From positions 1,120,001 to 1,184,000 of the forward strand of contig OY970320.1 of NCBI GenBank assembly GCA_963716745.1: DNA of 64,000 nucleotides, given 5' to 3'. The stretch comes from an uncultured Gemmatimonadaceae bacterium. Its GTDB lineage: Bacteria; Gemmatimonadota; Gemmatimonadetes; Gemmatimonadales; Gemmatimonadaceae. How positions within the stretch are numbered: position 1 is the first letter of the stretch; the number at the start of each line of letters is the position of its first letter. Position numbers and translations under genes: made by a program. This document shows positions 18,693 to 28,774 of this stretch, in pieces. The notes beneath the pieces were generated by a model. The model searched no databases. It was given only the letters and a program-made list of their open reading frames with translations, and was not told the DNA's origin.

Positions 18693-20534
18693 TTACAGCG
18701 ACGCCCGCTCGCGCTCCCGCTTCAGCTCCCGCGACTGCTTCCGGCGGTCATTCGTGCTCAGGGAACGCTTCCGCAGGCGGATGCTCGCCGGCGTGATCTC
18801 AATCAGTTCATCCTCGTCGATGTACTCGAGGCCCATCTCCAGCGTCATGTCGCGCGGCGGCTCCAGCTGGATATTCTCATCGGTGCCGGTCGTGCGCATG
18901 TTCGACAGCTTCTTCTCCTTCGTGGGATTCACATCCATGTCGCCCGGACGTGAATTCTCGCCGATGATCATCCCTTCGTACACCGGCGTCCCCGGACCTA
19001 CGAATAGCGTCGAGCGGTCCTGAAGGTTCCATAATCCGAACGCGACGGCGACGCCCGCCTCCATCGACACCAGCGTTCCGCGCTTGCGGCCCGCGAGCGG
19101 ACCGGCCCACGGCCCGTATTCCAGGAAGCGATGATGGATGATCCCGGTTCCCCGCGTATCGGTCAGGAATTCCGAACGGTATCCGAACAATCCGCGCGCC
19201 GGAATGCGATACAGCAGCCGCACGAGGTTCTGCCCGGGATTCTTCATCTCGAGCATTTCGGCGCGGCGCGGTCCGAGCTTCTCGATCACGGCGCCGAGGA
19301 ATTCCTCGGGCACGTCGATGGAAAGCTCTTCGTACGGCTCGAGGCGCTCGCCGCCGGGTCCTTCGCGCGTGATCACGCGGGGGCGCGACACTTGGAACTC
19401 GTAGCCCTCGCGGCGCATCGTTTCCATCAAAATGCCGAGGTGCAGCTCGCCGCGGCCTGACACGCTCCACGTGTCCGTGGCGTCGGTGTCCTCCACGCGC
19501 AGCGCGACGTTGCGCTCGAGCTCGCGATAGAGCCGTTCACGCAGCTGTCGCGACGTGACGAACTTCCCTTCCTTACCGGCAAAAGGCGAATTGTTCACCA
19601 CGAAGTCGACGCTGATCGTCGGCTCTTCCACGGCGATGCCCTCGAGGCGCTCGGGGGTGGCCGCATCAGTGACGGTGAGACCGATCTCGACGCCTTCGAG
19701 CCCCGCGAGCGCCACGATGTCGCCCGACATCGCACTCGGCACTTCGAGCCGCTCGAGCCCCTCGTAGGTGAACAGCTTGGTGACGCGCGAGCGCTGCATG
19801 GGCAGCGTCTGGTCGAGTGGCAGCAGCGCGAGCTCGCCGCCCACGTTCACCGTGCCGCGCTCAATGCGGCCAATGCCAAGACGGCCGAGGTAGGGCGAAT
19901 GATCGATCGTGGAGATGAGCATCTGGAACGGCTCATCGGGCGCGAAGCGCGGCGCGGGCACGTGATCGACGATCGTCTGGAAGAGCGGCACGAGATCGGT
20001 GCCGGGCTTGTCGGCGTCCATCGTCGCGACGCCCTGGCGCGCGGAGGCATACACGACCGGCGCATCGAGCTGCTCGTCGTTCGCTTCGAGCTCGAGGAAG
20101 AGGCCGAGCACTTCGTGATGCACGCGGTGCGGATCGGCGCCGGGCCGGTCGATCTTGTTGATGACGACGATCGGTGTGCGGCCCAAGGCGAGCGCTTTGC
20201 GCAGCACGAATCGCGTCTGCGGCATGGGGCCATCGAAGGCATCGACCACGAGCAGCACGCCGTCCACCATGCGGAGGATACGTTCCACTTCGCCGCCGAA
20301 GTCGGCGTGACCCGGGGTGTCGACGATATTGATCTTCACGCCGTGCCAGCGCACTGACGTGTTCTTGGCAAGGATCGTGATGCCACGCTCGCGCTCGAGC
20401 GGATTGGAGTCCATGACGCGTTCTTCGACGATCTGATTCTCGCGGAACGCCCCGGCTTGCCGGAGCATTTTGTCCACGAGGGTGGTTTTGCCGTGATCGA
20501 CGTGCGCGATGATGGCGATATTACGGATATCCAT
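18693..20534 (-). CDS. typA: Translational GTPase TypA/BipA
   Basis: [40 protein letters not shown]. Confidence 0.97.
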   Translation of the reverse strand: MDIRNIAIIAHVDHGKTTLVDKMLRQAGAFRENQIVEERVMDSNPLERERGITILAKNTSVRWHGVKINIVDTPGHADFGGEVERILRMVDGVLLVVDAFDGPMPQTRFVLRKALALGRTPIVVINKIDRPGADPHRVHHEVLGLFLELEANDEQLDAPVVYASARQGVATMDADKPGTDLVPLFQTIVDHVPAPRFAPDEPFQMLISTIDHSPYLGRLGIGRIERGTVNVGGELALLPLDQTLPMQRSRVTKLFTYEGLERLEVPSAMSGDIVALAGLEGVEIGLTVTDAATPERLEGIAVEEPTISVDFVVNNSPFAGKEGKFVTSRQLRERLYRELERNVALRVEDTDATDTWSVSGRGELHLGILMETMRREGYEFQVSRPRVITREGPGGERLEPYEELSIDVPEEFLGAVIEKLGPRRAEMLEMKNPGQNLVRLLYRIPARGLFGYRSEFLTDTRGTGIIHHRFLEYGPWAGPLAGRKRGTLVSMEAGVAVAFGLWNLQDRSTLFVGPGTPVYEGMIIGENSRPGDMDVNPTKEKKLSNMRTTGTDENIQLEPPRDMTLEMGLEYIDEDELIEITPASIRLRKRSLSTNDRRKQSRELKRERERASL

Positions 20535-20592
20535 AGTCAATCAATATAACCGGCTGGGTAGCGAGGCCAAAGTGTAGATATCGCAACGAATT

Positions 20593-20741
20593 AACCGCAA
20601 AGGGCGCGGTTGGTACCGCAAAGGGCGGGACTGGTACCGCTGAGGGCGGGATTGGCGTTGGATACTGCCGTTCCCAACGCTAATCCCGCCGTTAGCGGTA
20701 CCAGTCCCGCCGTCAGCGGTTCGACGCGCGCCGTTGGTGGT
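20593..20741. repeat. Intergenic inverted repeat with 21-nt periodic arms (family also at 58248)
   Basis: CCGC..AGGGCGGGACTGGTA-type units inverted against TACCAGTCCCGCCGTCAGCGG units. Confidence 0.8.
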
Positions 20742-20791
20742 CCACGACGCACGACTCGGTACTCACGGTTTTCGGGGTACGAGTCACGGAG

Positions 20792-21142
20792 TCAGGGTTG
20801 CGACTCACGCCCCTGCAGTTGTCGCGCAAATTCCGCCGCGCTCCAGGCGAGCACTCCGCCGAACACCAGCGTGAGCATAATGAGCCCCGACGCCGGCACT
20901 CCCACCACTCCGCCGAGCCGTCGAGCGAGTTCCCCCAGCGGCGCCGTCGCCGCGGTCCACAGGAGGATCAGCCCCCACCCGATCATCGCCGCAAACGCAG
21001 TTCTCCATGGCGCCCCGGATGGCCCCCGGTTCACGAACGTCCAGATCATCGCGAGCGCCGGAACCGCCCACCATCCGATCACCCACGTCGCGAGCGCGAA
21101 CGCCCCGGCCACGAGTGCCATGCGCAACAGCCCGCGCATCAC
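20792..21142 (-). CDS. Membrane hypothetical protein
   Basis: Several TM segments; start overlaps the acylase stop. Confidence 0.7.
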   Translation of the reverse strand: MMRGLLRMALVAGAFALATWVIGWWAVPALAMIWTFVNRGPSGAPWRTAFAAMIGWGLILLWTAATAPLGELARRLGGVVGVPASGLIMLTLVFGGVLAWSAAEFARQLQGRESQP

Positions 21143-23583
21143 TTCGGCGCCGGAGTCAACGTGAGCGTCGCCATCACCAACCGGTGGTCCAGCTCCAACT
21201 CGCTATGCGGGAATCGCACGCTGTCCAGTTCGCCCTTGCTCCACGTCACCAAATGATCCTGGTACCGCGAGCTCGCCGGATTCCCGCTCTGACCGCCCGG
21301 GTATGTCGCCATCGCGTGCACCGCCGGCCCCATCTCCACCACCATGCGCCAGCTCGCCCCGTGTCGGCCGTCGGTACCCACGGGATTCAAGGTGCTCGGA
21401 CCTCCCTGGCTCGGCACCAGTAGCGCGCTCAACGCCGGGATCTCGAGCATGTGATAGATGTTCGCGTGACGCAGCCGCCCCCAGCGCCAACCGCCTTCGT
21501 CGGGCTCGCCATAATCCTTCACCGCGCGCACGTACGCCGCGGCGAGCGATGCGGCGAGGATGTCATCGCGCGTCTCCACTCTGGGCGTGCGCTTGTCGTC
21601 CCACCAGACGCTCTTCGGCTGCTGCAACAACTCCGCGAGCACGCTCCCGCTCGGCGTGGGCAGGTCGGCGTCACTCGCCGCGCCGGTGCGCAATTCATCC
21701 CACGTGCGGCTGGATACTTCCTCCATCGCGTACTCGAATAGAATGGCGTGCTGGTCGTTCCCGGTGTATGCGCGGTCCCACTCGGCGAGCACTTCGCCGG
21801 CGCGCGCGAGCACCGGGTCGGAATTCACGCGCGCGTGCGCGGCGGCGATGAACGCGGGCACGAACAGCTCGGCGCGCGCGCTGCGCGGATCGGTCTGCCA
21901 CTTCCGCATGTCGTCCATGGTGACGTTCGCATCGGCGCGCATGAGCTCGTTGATGCGGATCGCGCGCCACGGCGGCGGCCAGTCGCTGCCGAGGTAGTGC
22001 GCGTTGTTCGCGGGATCCACCGGCTGCTGATTGTTCGACGAGAGATAACCGCGCGCCGGGTCGATCGACTGCGGATACTTGGCCAGCGGCAGATATCCCG
22101 TCCAGTCGCTCTTGCTCGTGGACCCATCGCGCATGAGATCGCCGCGGCCGTCGCCGGGCCGGATCGGGTACAAGCCCGTGGAGCGTATCCCGATCGAACC
22201 CGCGCGGTCGGCGGCCAGCATGTTCTGCGGCGGCGAGGCGTAGGGCGCCATTGTCGTCATGAATTCCGCGACCGATCGCGCGTGCGCGGCCTGATCGAAG
22301 TACACCGAATTAAGCGAGCTGTCGTTGGCGGTCCATCGCGTGGAGATCCAGCGGCCGAGCGCGCGACGCATGGGGCCGCGGTGCGTCCAGTACGTCGTGT
22401 CGGTCGCGATCGCGGCGCCGTGCTGGTCGCGGTACGTCTCGGTGCGCGTCACGAGCGGGCGCCACTTGCCATCGACCATGTACTTGGTGGGATGCGCGGT
22501 GTCGTCCACCGTTTCGAAGTAGCGGTCCACGAAATCGCCCGAGACGTTCGTGAACGTCCACGCCACGTCGCGATTGAAGCCGATGATGATCGACGGCGCG
22601 CCGGGGATCGTCACGCCATACACGTCGAGCGCGCCGGGCACGACGAGATGCGCTTCGTACCAGATGGACGGCAGCGAGAGCGTGAGATGCGGATCGCCCG
22701 CGAGGATCGCGTGGCCGTCGTGCGTACGCCGCGGCGACACGGCCCAATTGTTCGAGCCGATGACGAGATCCTCGTTCGACGGCTTGAACTCGGCAACGCG
22801 CGCGCGCGCCGGCTCCGGCTTGGCGGGCGGCGGGATCACGTGGAAATCCGTGCGCGGTTCGGGGCGATCCGATACCTGGATCGGCTCCTGAATGGGACTG
22901 TTCACCGGGAAGAGCGCGTCGGCGGCCGCGCGGCCAACACGCTGGCGCACGGCGTAGTTCACGATCTCGTCGTCGTTGTACGAGAGATCGAGGGTCATGT
23001 TGTTGAACAGATGGATGCTGTTGATCGGCTGCCAGGGATCCGGCGCGCGGGACAGCAGCTTGTCTTCGAACGGGTAGTCGCGCGGCGCCAAATGGCTGAT
23101 GTAGGCGTTGACGCCGTCAGCAAAGGCGACAAGGCCGACGGCGGACTGTCGGCTGTCGGCTGTCGCGAGCTTCCACTCGGCGGAGAGCGGGAGCCCCAGG
23201 CCGCGCATGCGGCGGTCGACGGGTAGTGCGAGTCTGCCCACCATCTCCGTGAGCGTGCCGGCGCCGGCGTGCGCGTGGAGTTCCAGCTGGAACAGGCGGT
23301 CGCGGGCGACCACGTAGCCGAGTGCGCGCTGCGCGTCGCGCTCGGTGGCGGCGAAGATGTGCGGCACGGCGCGATCGTCGTACACGACGCGCACTGGAGC
23401 GGTGAGTCCGGGGATCGTGGCGCGCGCATCGCGCGGCAACTCGGCGTTCGCCGCGACGTGCCAGATGCCGTTGGCCGGATCGAGCAGTGGACCGAGCGCG
23501 GGTACGCCGCGCACGCTGAACGCGCCCACCCAGAGGCCGCCGAAGAGGACGGCGGCGGCGAGGAGCGCGCGGAAGATCCTCAG
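21139..23583 (-). CDS. Penicillin acylase / Ntn-hydrolase family protein
   Basis: GYVVARDRLFQLE, GSNNWAV (nucleophile Ser), GDPHL, YPGGQSGNP; frame extends upstream to a CTG at 23583. Confidence 0.92.
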   Translation of the reverse strand: MRIFRALLAAAVLFGGLWVGAFSVRGVPALGPLLDPANGIWHVAANAELPRDARATIPGLTAPVRVVYDDRAVPHIFAATERDAQRALGYVVARDRLFQLELHAHAGAGTLTEMVGRLALPVDRRMRGLGLPLSAEWKLATADSRQSAVGLVAFADGVNAYISHLAPRDYPFEDKLLSRAPDPWQPINSIHLFNNMTLDLSYNDDEIVNYAVRQRVGRAAADALFPVNSPIQEPIQVSDRPEPRTDFHVIPPPAKPEPARARVAEFKPSNEDLVIGSNNWAVSPRRTHDGHAILAGDPHLTLSLPSIWYEAHLVVPGALDVYGVTIPGAPSIIIGFNRDVAWTFTNVSGDFVDRYFETVDDTAHPTKYMVDGKWRPLVTRTETYRDQHGAAIATDTTYWTHRGPMRRALGRWISTRWTANDSSLNSVYFDQAAHARSVAEFMTTMAPYASPPQNMLAADRAGSIGIRSTGLYPIRPGDGRGDLMRDGSTSKSDWTGYLPLAKYPQSIDPARGYLSSNNQQPVDPANNAHYLGSDWPPPWRAIRINELMRADANVTMDDMRKWQTDPRSARAELFVPAFIAAAHARVNSDPVLARAGEVLAEWDRAYTGNDQHAILFEYAMEEVSSRTWDELRTGAASDADLPTPSGSVLAELLQQPKSVWWDDKRTPRVETRDDILAASLAAAYVRAVKDYGEPDEGGWRWGRLRHANIYHMLEIPALSALLVPSQGGPSTLNPVGTDGRHGASWRMVVEMGPAVHAMATYPGGQSGNPASSRYQDHLVTWSKGELDSVRFPHSELELDHRLVMATLTLTPAPK

Positions 23584-25172
23584 CGGCCCTTGCCGGCGGG
23601 CACTGCGGCGGCCGGCGGAGCGGAGCCCACCGTCGCGGCGAGCTCGATGCCGTCGAGGAACGACACGTCGTGCCCCTTGGCGCGCAGGAGATTCACGAAG
23701 CCCGGCTTGTCATTCGCCTTGAAGTAGGCTTCTTGCGGCTCGACCTGTTCCTGGTCCACGAGATCGATGAGTGCATCGCTGAGCGGCACCATGCCGATCT
23801 TCTTGGACGTCTGCAGCACGCTCTGCAGCTGGAACGTCTTCCCCTCTCGAATGAGGTTGGACACGCCCTGCGTGCTGAGCAGGATCTCGCGCGCGGCCAC
23901 GCGGCCGCCGCCGATCTTCTTGCACAGCGTTTGTGAGATCACGCCCTTGAGACTCTCGGAGAGCATCACGCGGATCTGCTCCTGCGCATCGGCGGGGAAC
24001 TGGTCGATGAGGCGGTCGATCGTTTGAGCGGCGCCGGTGGTGTGAAGCGTCCCGAACACCAAGTGTCCCGTTTCGGCGGTCTCGATCGCGATCGACACTG
24101 TCTCGAGGTCGCGCAGTTCGCCCACGAGCACGATGTCGGGATCCTCACGGAGCGCGGCACGGAGCGCGTGTTTGAACGAGCTCGTGTGCACGCCCACCTG
24201 CCGCTGCGTGATGACGCATTTCTTGTTGTGGTGCACGAACTCGATCGGGTCCTCGATCGTGATCACGTGATCGTTGCGCGTGGCGTTGCAGCGATCGACC
24301 AGCGCGCAGAGCGTGGTGGACTTGCCGCTGCCGGTGGGACCGGTCACGAGCACGAGTCCGCGCGTGAGGTTGCAGAGTTGCTGCACCTCTTCGCTGAGGC
24401 CGAGCTGTTCGACCGTGACGACCTTGGCGGGGATCACGCGGAATACCGCGCCCGCGCCGTGATGGTCGCGCAGCGCGTTGCAGCGGAAGCGCGCGACGCC
24501 GGTGATCTCGTAGGCGAAGTCGCTGTCGTTGATCGCGGCGTATTCGTCGCGATTCCGCTCGGGCATGATCGTGCGCAGCATCACCTCGAGCCGCGCGTTG
24601 TCGAGCGGGCGCTGGTCGGTGAGGCGCTTCATCTCGCCGTCCTTGCGCAGCACCGGCGGCTCGCCCACGCGGAGGTGCAAGTCGCTGCCGCCGTCCACCA
24701 CGAGTCGGCGGAGCAGCGTATCGAGTTCATCGCGGTACGCACTGTCGGCCGGCTCGGAATCGGCGTTCACGCGGATCTCCGCGCGCGCCGGATTCGCCGC
24801 GACCGCCACCGCTTCGGCGGCGGTCGCGGGCGTTGCCTCGCGCGCGGCGGACGGTTCCTCTTCGCCATCGGCGCCGTCGGGGCGGATGCTCGCCGCGAGG
24901 CGGCCGGCCGCGAGGCCATAGCGCGCGGTGAATCCCCACTCGGTGGTCTTGTACTTGAAGGTGATGTCGCGCCCCGCGTCGATGTCGGCGTGGATATCTG
25001 CGGGCGCGATCTCCTTCATGAGTGCCGCGAGCTGCGATCCAGTGATCGGTTGCTTCGTGACCGGCCGCGGACTTCCCGCGAAATCGAATTGCGCGCAGTC
25101 GTCGGCCTGCAACAGCAAGGCCGTCGCGCCGTTAGTCAGCAACGCGGAGAGGAAGCGGTCCAAGTGGGGCAT
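23580..25172 (-). CDS. pilT: Type IV pilus retraction ATPase PilT family, with an N-terminal extra domain
   Basis: GPTGSGKSTT, TIEDPIEF, ALREDPD, AETGHLVFGTLHT. Confidence 0.92.
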   Translation of the reverse strand: MPHLDRFLSALLTNGATALLLQADDCAQFDFAGSPRPVTKQPITGSQLAALMKEIAPADIHADIDAGRDITFKYKTTEWGFTARYGLAAGRLAASIRPDGADGEEEPSAAREATPATAAEAVAVAANPARAEIRVNADSEPADSAYRDELDTLLRRLVVDGGSDLHLRVGEPPVLRKDGEMKRLTDQRPLDNARLEVMLRTIMPERNRDEYAAINDSDFAYEITGVARFRCNALRDHHGAGAVFRVIPAKVVTVEQLGLSEEVQQLCNLTRGLVLVTGPTGSGKSTTLCALVDRCNATRNDHVITIEDPIEFVHHNKKCVITQRQVGVHTSSFKHALRAALREDPDIVLVGELRDLETVSIAIETAETGHLVFGTLHTTGAAQTIDRLIDQFPADAQEQIRVMLSESLKGVISQTLCKKIGGGRVAAREILLSTQGVSNLIREGKTFQLQSVLQTSKKIGMVPLSDALIDLVDQEQVEPQEAYFKANDKPGFVNLLRAKGHDVSFLDGIELAATVGSAPPAAAVPAGKGR

Positions 25173-25189
25173 GACGCTCGGGAAGAAAG

Positions 25190-25313
25190 GGCGGACTGTC
25201 GGCTGTCGGCTGTCGCCTGCAAGACTACTGAAGCGGCCCAGAGTATCACGAAAAGCAGAGCCGCGCGCAACGGTGTCGAAGGGCGTACGCGACAGCCGAC
25301 AGCCGACAGCCCG
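25190..25313. repeat. Inverted repeat with heptamer (GGCTGTC)n arms
   Basis: GGACTGTCGGCTGTCGGCTGTCGC ... GCGACAGCCGACAGCCGACAGCCC. Confidence 0.85.
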
Positions 25314-25322
25314 TATCTGCTC

Positions 25323-26259
25323 TTAGGCGTGCCGGTGCCCTTCCTTCTCGAACATCTCCGTGCGCTCCATTTGAATCGTCAAATGTTCGATCCCGAAGAG
25401 CGCCATCGCGTCGTGGATGTGCTCGAGCACGTGCTGGTGGCGCTCGGGCTGGCGGACGATCGCGTGGGCGCTCATCGCGATCACGCCCGAGGTGACGGTC
25501 CACACGTGCAGGTCATGCACGCTCTCGACGCCGGGGATCGCTTCGAGCTGTTCGCGCACCTTGCCCAGCGAGATGTACGACGGCGTGGACTCGAGCAGCA
25601 CGTCCACCGAATCGCGCACGAGCGCCCACGCGCCGCGCACGATGAGCAGCGTGACGAAGATCGGACGCGATGGTGTCGGCCGGCAGCCAGCCCGTGCGCC
25701 AGATGATGAGCGCCGCCACAATGGTGCCGATGAAGCCGAGCACGTCGCCCAGAATGTGGAGATAGGCGCCGCGCATATTCAGATTGTCGTGGCTCGCGGG
25801 GTGCAGCACTTTGGCCGACGCGAGATTCGCGACGAGGCCGAGCAATCCCACCGCGAACATGAGCGGGCCCGCCACCGGCTCCGGGTGGCGCAGCCGCGCG
25901 ACCGCCTCCCAGATGATGAGCGCACAGATGAGCAGCAACGTCGATCCGTTCGCGAAGGCGGCGAGGATCTCGAGGCGGCGGTAGCCGTACGTGCGGCGCG
26001 GCGTCTCGGGGCGGCGGCTCAGGATCGCGACGAGCAGCGAGAGGCCGAGCGCGGCGACGTCGGTGAGCAGATGCCCCGCGTCGGCGAGCAGCGCCAGCGA
26101 GTTCGCGAGCCACCCGCCCACGAACTCGGCGACGAGCAGCAGCGCCGTGATCGTGAGCGCGATCGTGAGACGCCGCTGCTGGTCCGCGCCGCCATCGCCG
26201 TGGTCGTGCGTGTGTCCGTGAGCGTGGTCGTGCGAGTGGCCGGCGTGGCTATGCCCCAT
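25323..26259 (-). CDS. Cation diffusion facilitator (CzcD/ZitB-like), frameshift near ~25665
   Basis: His-rich N-terminus, SLALLADAGHLLTD, HILGD, HDLHVW. Confidence 0.9.
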
Positions 26260-27130
26260 GGATCACCTTGGCGATGCGCGCGCATTCGAGGATCGCGAGG
26301 ATCATGCTCTCCGGCTTCGCGCGTCCGGTGCCGGCAATGTCCTTCGCCGTGCCATGATCGGGCGACGTGCGCGGGAACGGAAGGCCGAGCGTGACGTTCA
26401 CGGCGCTGCCGAAGGAGGCGACCTTGATCGCGGTCATGCCTACATCATGGTACGGCGCGATCACGGCGTCGAATTCGCCCTGCATCGCGCGCACGAATAC
26501 CGTGTCCGCCGGGAAGGGTCCGGCGATCCCGGCGGCGCGCGCGGCGGGGGCGAGCAGCGTGTCGTCCTCGCTGCCGAAACTCCCCTTGTCGCCGGCGTGC
26601 GGGTTCAGTGCACAGAGCGCGATGCGCGGCTCGGCGATGCCGTACCAGTCGCGCAATCCAGCTGTCGCGATCTTCGCGGTGGCGGCGATGCGTTCGCCGG
26701 TGAGCATCGTGGGCACGTCGCGCAGGGCGATGTGCGTGGTCGCCAGGATCACGCGCAGCTTCTCGGACGCGAGCATCATCGCGACGGGCACGTGCGTGAG
26801 GCGCGCGAGCATTTCCGTGTGACCGGGATCGGTGTGCCCCGCCTGGTGCAGTTCGTGCTTGTCGATGGGCGCGGTGACGATGCCTTGCACGTAACCCGAT
26901 TGCGCGAGCATCACCGCGCGCTCGATCGCTTTCGCGGCGAGCGCGCCGGCTGAGTCTTCGCCATTCCATTGTCCCACCGATTCATCGACGGCAGTGCCCG
27001 TCCCCTCGGGACCTACGATGATCAGTTCGCACGCCGCCGTCACGCGCGCGTCGGCCATCGCGGCGCGCACGATCTCCGGCCCGATCCCCGCCGGGTCGCC
27101 GAGCGTCACCGCGAGCTTGGGGCGCGTCAC
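26249..27130 (-). CDS. pdxA: 4-hydroxythreonine-4-phosphate dehydrogenase
   Basis: TLGDPAGIGPE, GHTE, NPHAG, YHD, RTSPDHGTA; GTG start overlaps the upstream stop. Confidence 0.93.
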   Translation of the reverse strand: MTRPKLAVTLGDPAGIGPEIVRAAMADARVTAACELIIVGPEGTGTAVDESVGQWNGEDSAGALAAKAIERAVMLAQSGYVQGIVTAPIDKHELHQAGHTDPGHTEMLARLTHVPVAMMLASEKLRVILATTHIALRDVPTMLTGERIAATAKIATAGLRDWYGIAEPRIALCALNPHAGDKGSFGSEDDTLLAPAARAAGIAGPFPADTVFVRAMQGEFDAVIAPYHDVGMTAIKVASFGSAVNVTLGLPFPRTSPDHGTAKDIAGTGRAKPESMILAILECARIAKVIHGA

Positions 27131-27387
27131 GGCGCGCGGTCGTCGCGCACGATGGTGTACAGCGTCTTCGCCTGTGCGCGGCTCACGCTCTTGCCGATGT
27201 CGCCCGTGAGTTGGATCTCGAGCGTGCGATCGGCGTAGTCGATGCGCACGCGGTCCCCGGTGCGCACTTCCGCGGAGGCCTTCGCGCGCGCGCCGTTCAC
27301 CATCACGGCCCCCACATCGCACGCCTCCTTGCCCTCGGTGCGGCTCTTCACGAGCAGGAGCCGCTTCAGCGCGAGGTCCACGCGCAC
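27127..27387 (-). CDS. S4 RNA-binding domain protein (Hsp15/YabO-like)
   Basis: RVDLAL...KSRT..KEACD.GAV.VNG..AK. Confidence 0.85.
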   Translation of the reverse strand: MRVDLALKRLLLVKSRTEGKEACDVGAVMVNGARAKASAEVRTGDRVRIDYADRTLEIQLTGDIGKSVSRAQAKTLYTIVRDDRAP

Positions 27388-27390
27388 AAC

Positions 27391-28737
27391 CTAGAGGCGC
27401 ACCACCACGAACGTCTGGCGCCGAAGGGTGTCGAGGTAGCGCCGGATGGCCTTCTCCTGCGCGAGCTGGTCGCGGATCCGGTCGCGCCAGTCGGCGACGG
27501 ATGGATCGCGATCGTCATCGATCGTCACGATCTCCACCACGAAGAACTTCGGCACGCCACGCTGCTTGTCCTCCATCGAGAATGGATCGAGGATGTCGCC
27601 CGGCTTGTGCCCCTTGATCGCCGTTTGATATTCGATCGGCAGCTGCGACTGGGGGAAGGGATTCAGGATCGCCTTCTCCTCCGTGGGATCGTGGTACTTC
27701 TTCACGAGCGTGTCGAACTTCGCGCCCGCGCGCCACGCGGCCATCACGCTGTCGGCGCGCCGCCGCGCTCTGGCCACATCCAACGAATCGATCTTGGGAC
27801 GGATCAGGATCTGGCGGCCCTTCACTTCGGACGGCTGCACGCGGTCCACGCGCACGATGTGCCAACCGATCATGGTGCGGAACGGCGGGCTCACGTGCCC
27901 GGGGAGCAGGCCGAAGTACACCTGGTCGAACTCCGGCACGAAATCGCCGCGGCGCCGCCAGCCGAAATCGCCGCCGAGTTCGCGCGTGGCCTGGTCCTCG
28001 GAAACGCGCTTCGCGATCTGCTCGAAGTCGCCGCCCTTCACGATCTGCTGGTAGATGGTGTCGGCGCGGTAGTACGCCACCGAGTCGGCGTGCGGACTCG
28101 GCAGTGGCGTGATGACCACCTGCCGCAGCGTCACCGAGGGAGGCAGGCGCGGGATCGAATCCTTGTGCGCCTGGAAATACGCCGTCACTTCCGCATCGGT
28201 CACGGGCACGGCCGGCAACTTCTTGTCCTCTTTCAGCCGCTCGAAGAGTTTCTGCTCCAGCGCCTGCTTCTTGGCGCCGTCGATCATGAACTTGCGATAC
28301 TCCTCGGGGGAGCCGAAGCCCGCCTTGCGGAGCTCGCTGCGATACTCGGCGTCGCTGGTGAATCGCGCGCGGATCTGCGCGACCTGCTTGTCCACCATCG
28401 GCGAGACGTCGTTCTCGTTGACGGTCACCTTGAGCTCGTTCGCTTTCTGCACGAGCAGTTCCTCATCGATCAACTCGTTGAGGAAGCGGACCATGAGCGC
28501 GCGCTGCCCCGCGGAATCCGTTGGGAGCGACGCACCGGTGGCGCGGTAGCCGACGATCCGCTCCTCGAGATCGGTGCGGAGGATGGCGTCGGCGCCGACG
28601 ATCGCGACCACGCCATCCATCGTGCCGTTAGCCGAGGCGGGTGCCATGTTCTGCGCCGCCGCGGCGCGCGCGAGCCCTGCCGTGCCCGCCAATGCGGCGA
28701 GCAGGGACAGGGCCAGTGCGTTGCGAATCTCCATCAT
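27391..28737 (-). CDS. surA: SurA-like peptidyl-prolyl isomerase/chaperone
   Basis: Signal peptide, SurA N-domain (VVAIVG..AIL), two parvulin domains; next to pdxA. Confidence 0.8.
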   Translation of the reverse strand: MMEIRNALALSLLAALAGTAGLARAAAAQNMAPASANGTMDGVVAIVGADAILRTDLEERIVGYRATGASLPTDSAGQRALMVRFLNELIDEELLVQKANELKVTVNENDVSPMVDKQVAQIRARFTSDAEYRSELRKAGFGSPEEYRKFMIDGAKKQALEQKLFERLKEDKKLPAVPVTDAEVTAYFQAHKDSIPRLPPSVTLRQVVITPLPSPHADSVAYYRADTIYQQIVKGGDFEQIAKRVSEDQATRELGGDFGWRRRGDFVPEFDQVYFGLLPGHVSPPFRTMIGWHIVRVDRVQPSEVKGRQILIRPKIDSLDVARARRRADSVMAAWRAGAKFDTLVKKYHDPTEEKAILNPFPQSQLPIEYQTAIKGHKPGDILDPFSMEDKQRGVPKFFVVEIVTIDDDRDPSVADWRDRIRDQLAQEKAIRRYLDTLRRQTFVVVRL

Positions 28738-28774
28738 GCTCTCCAATACCCCCGACGCTGCGTGGCGGTCCGGC

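Noticed and set aside
20610..21164. ORF with 7-aa periodic peptide repeats
   Set aside because: It is a translation of the 21-nt periodic palindrome and overlaps a better gene on the opposite strand.
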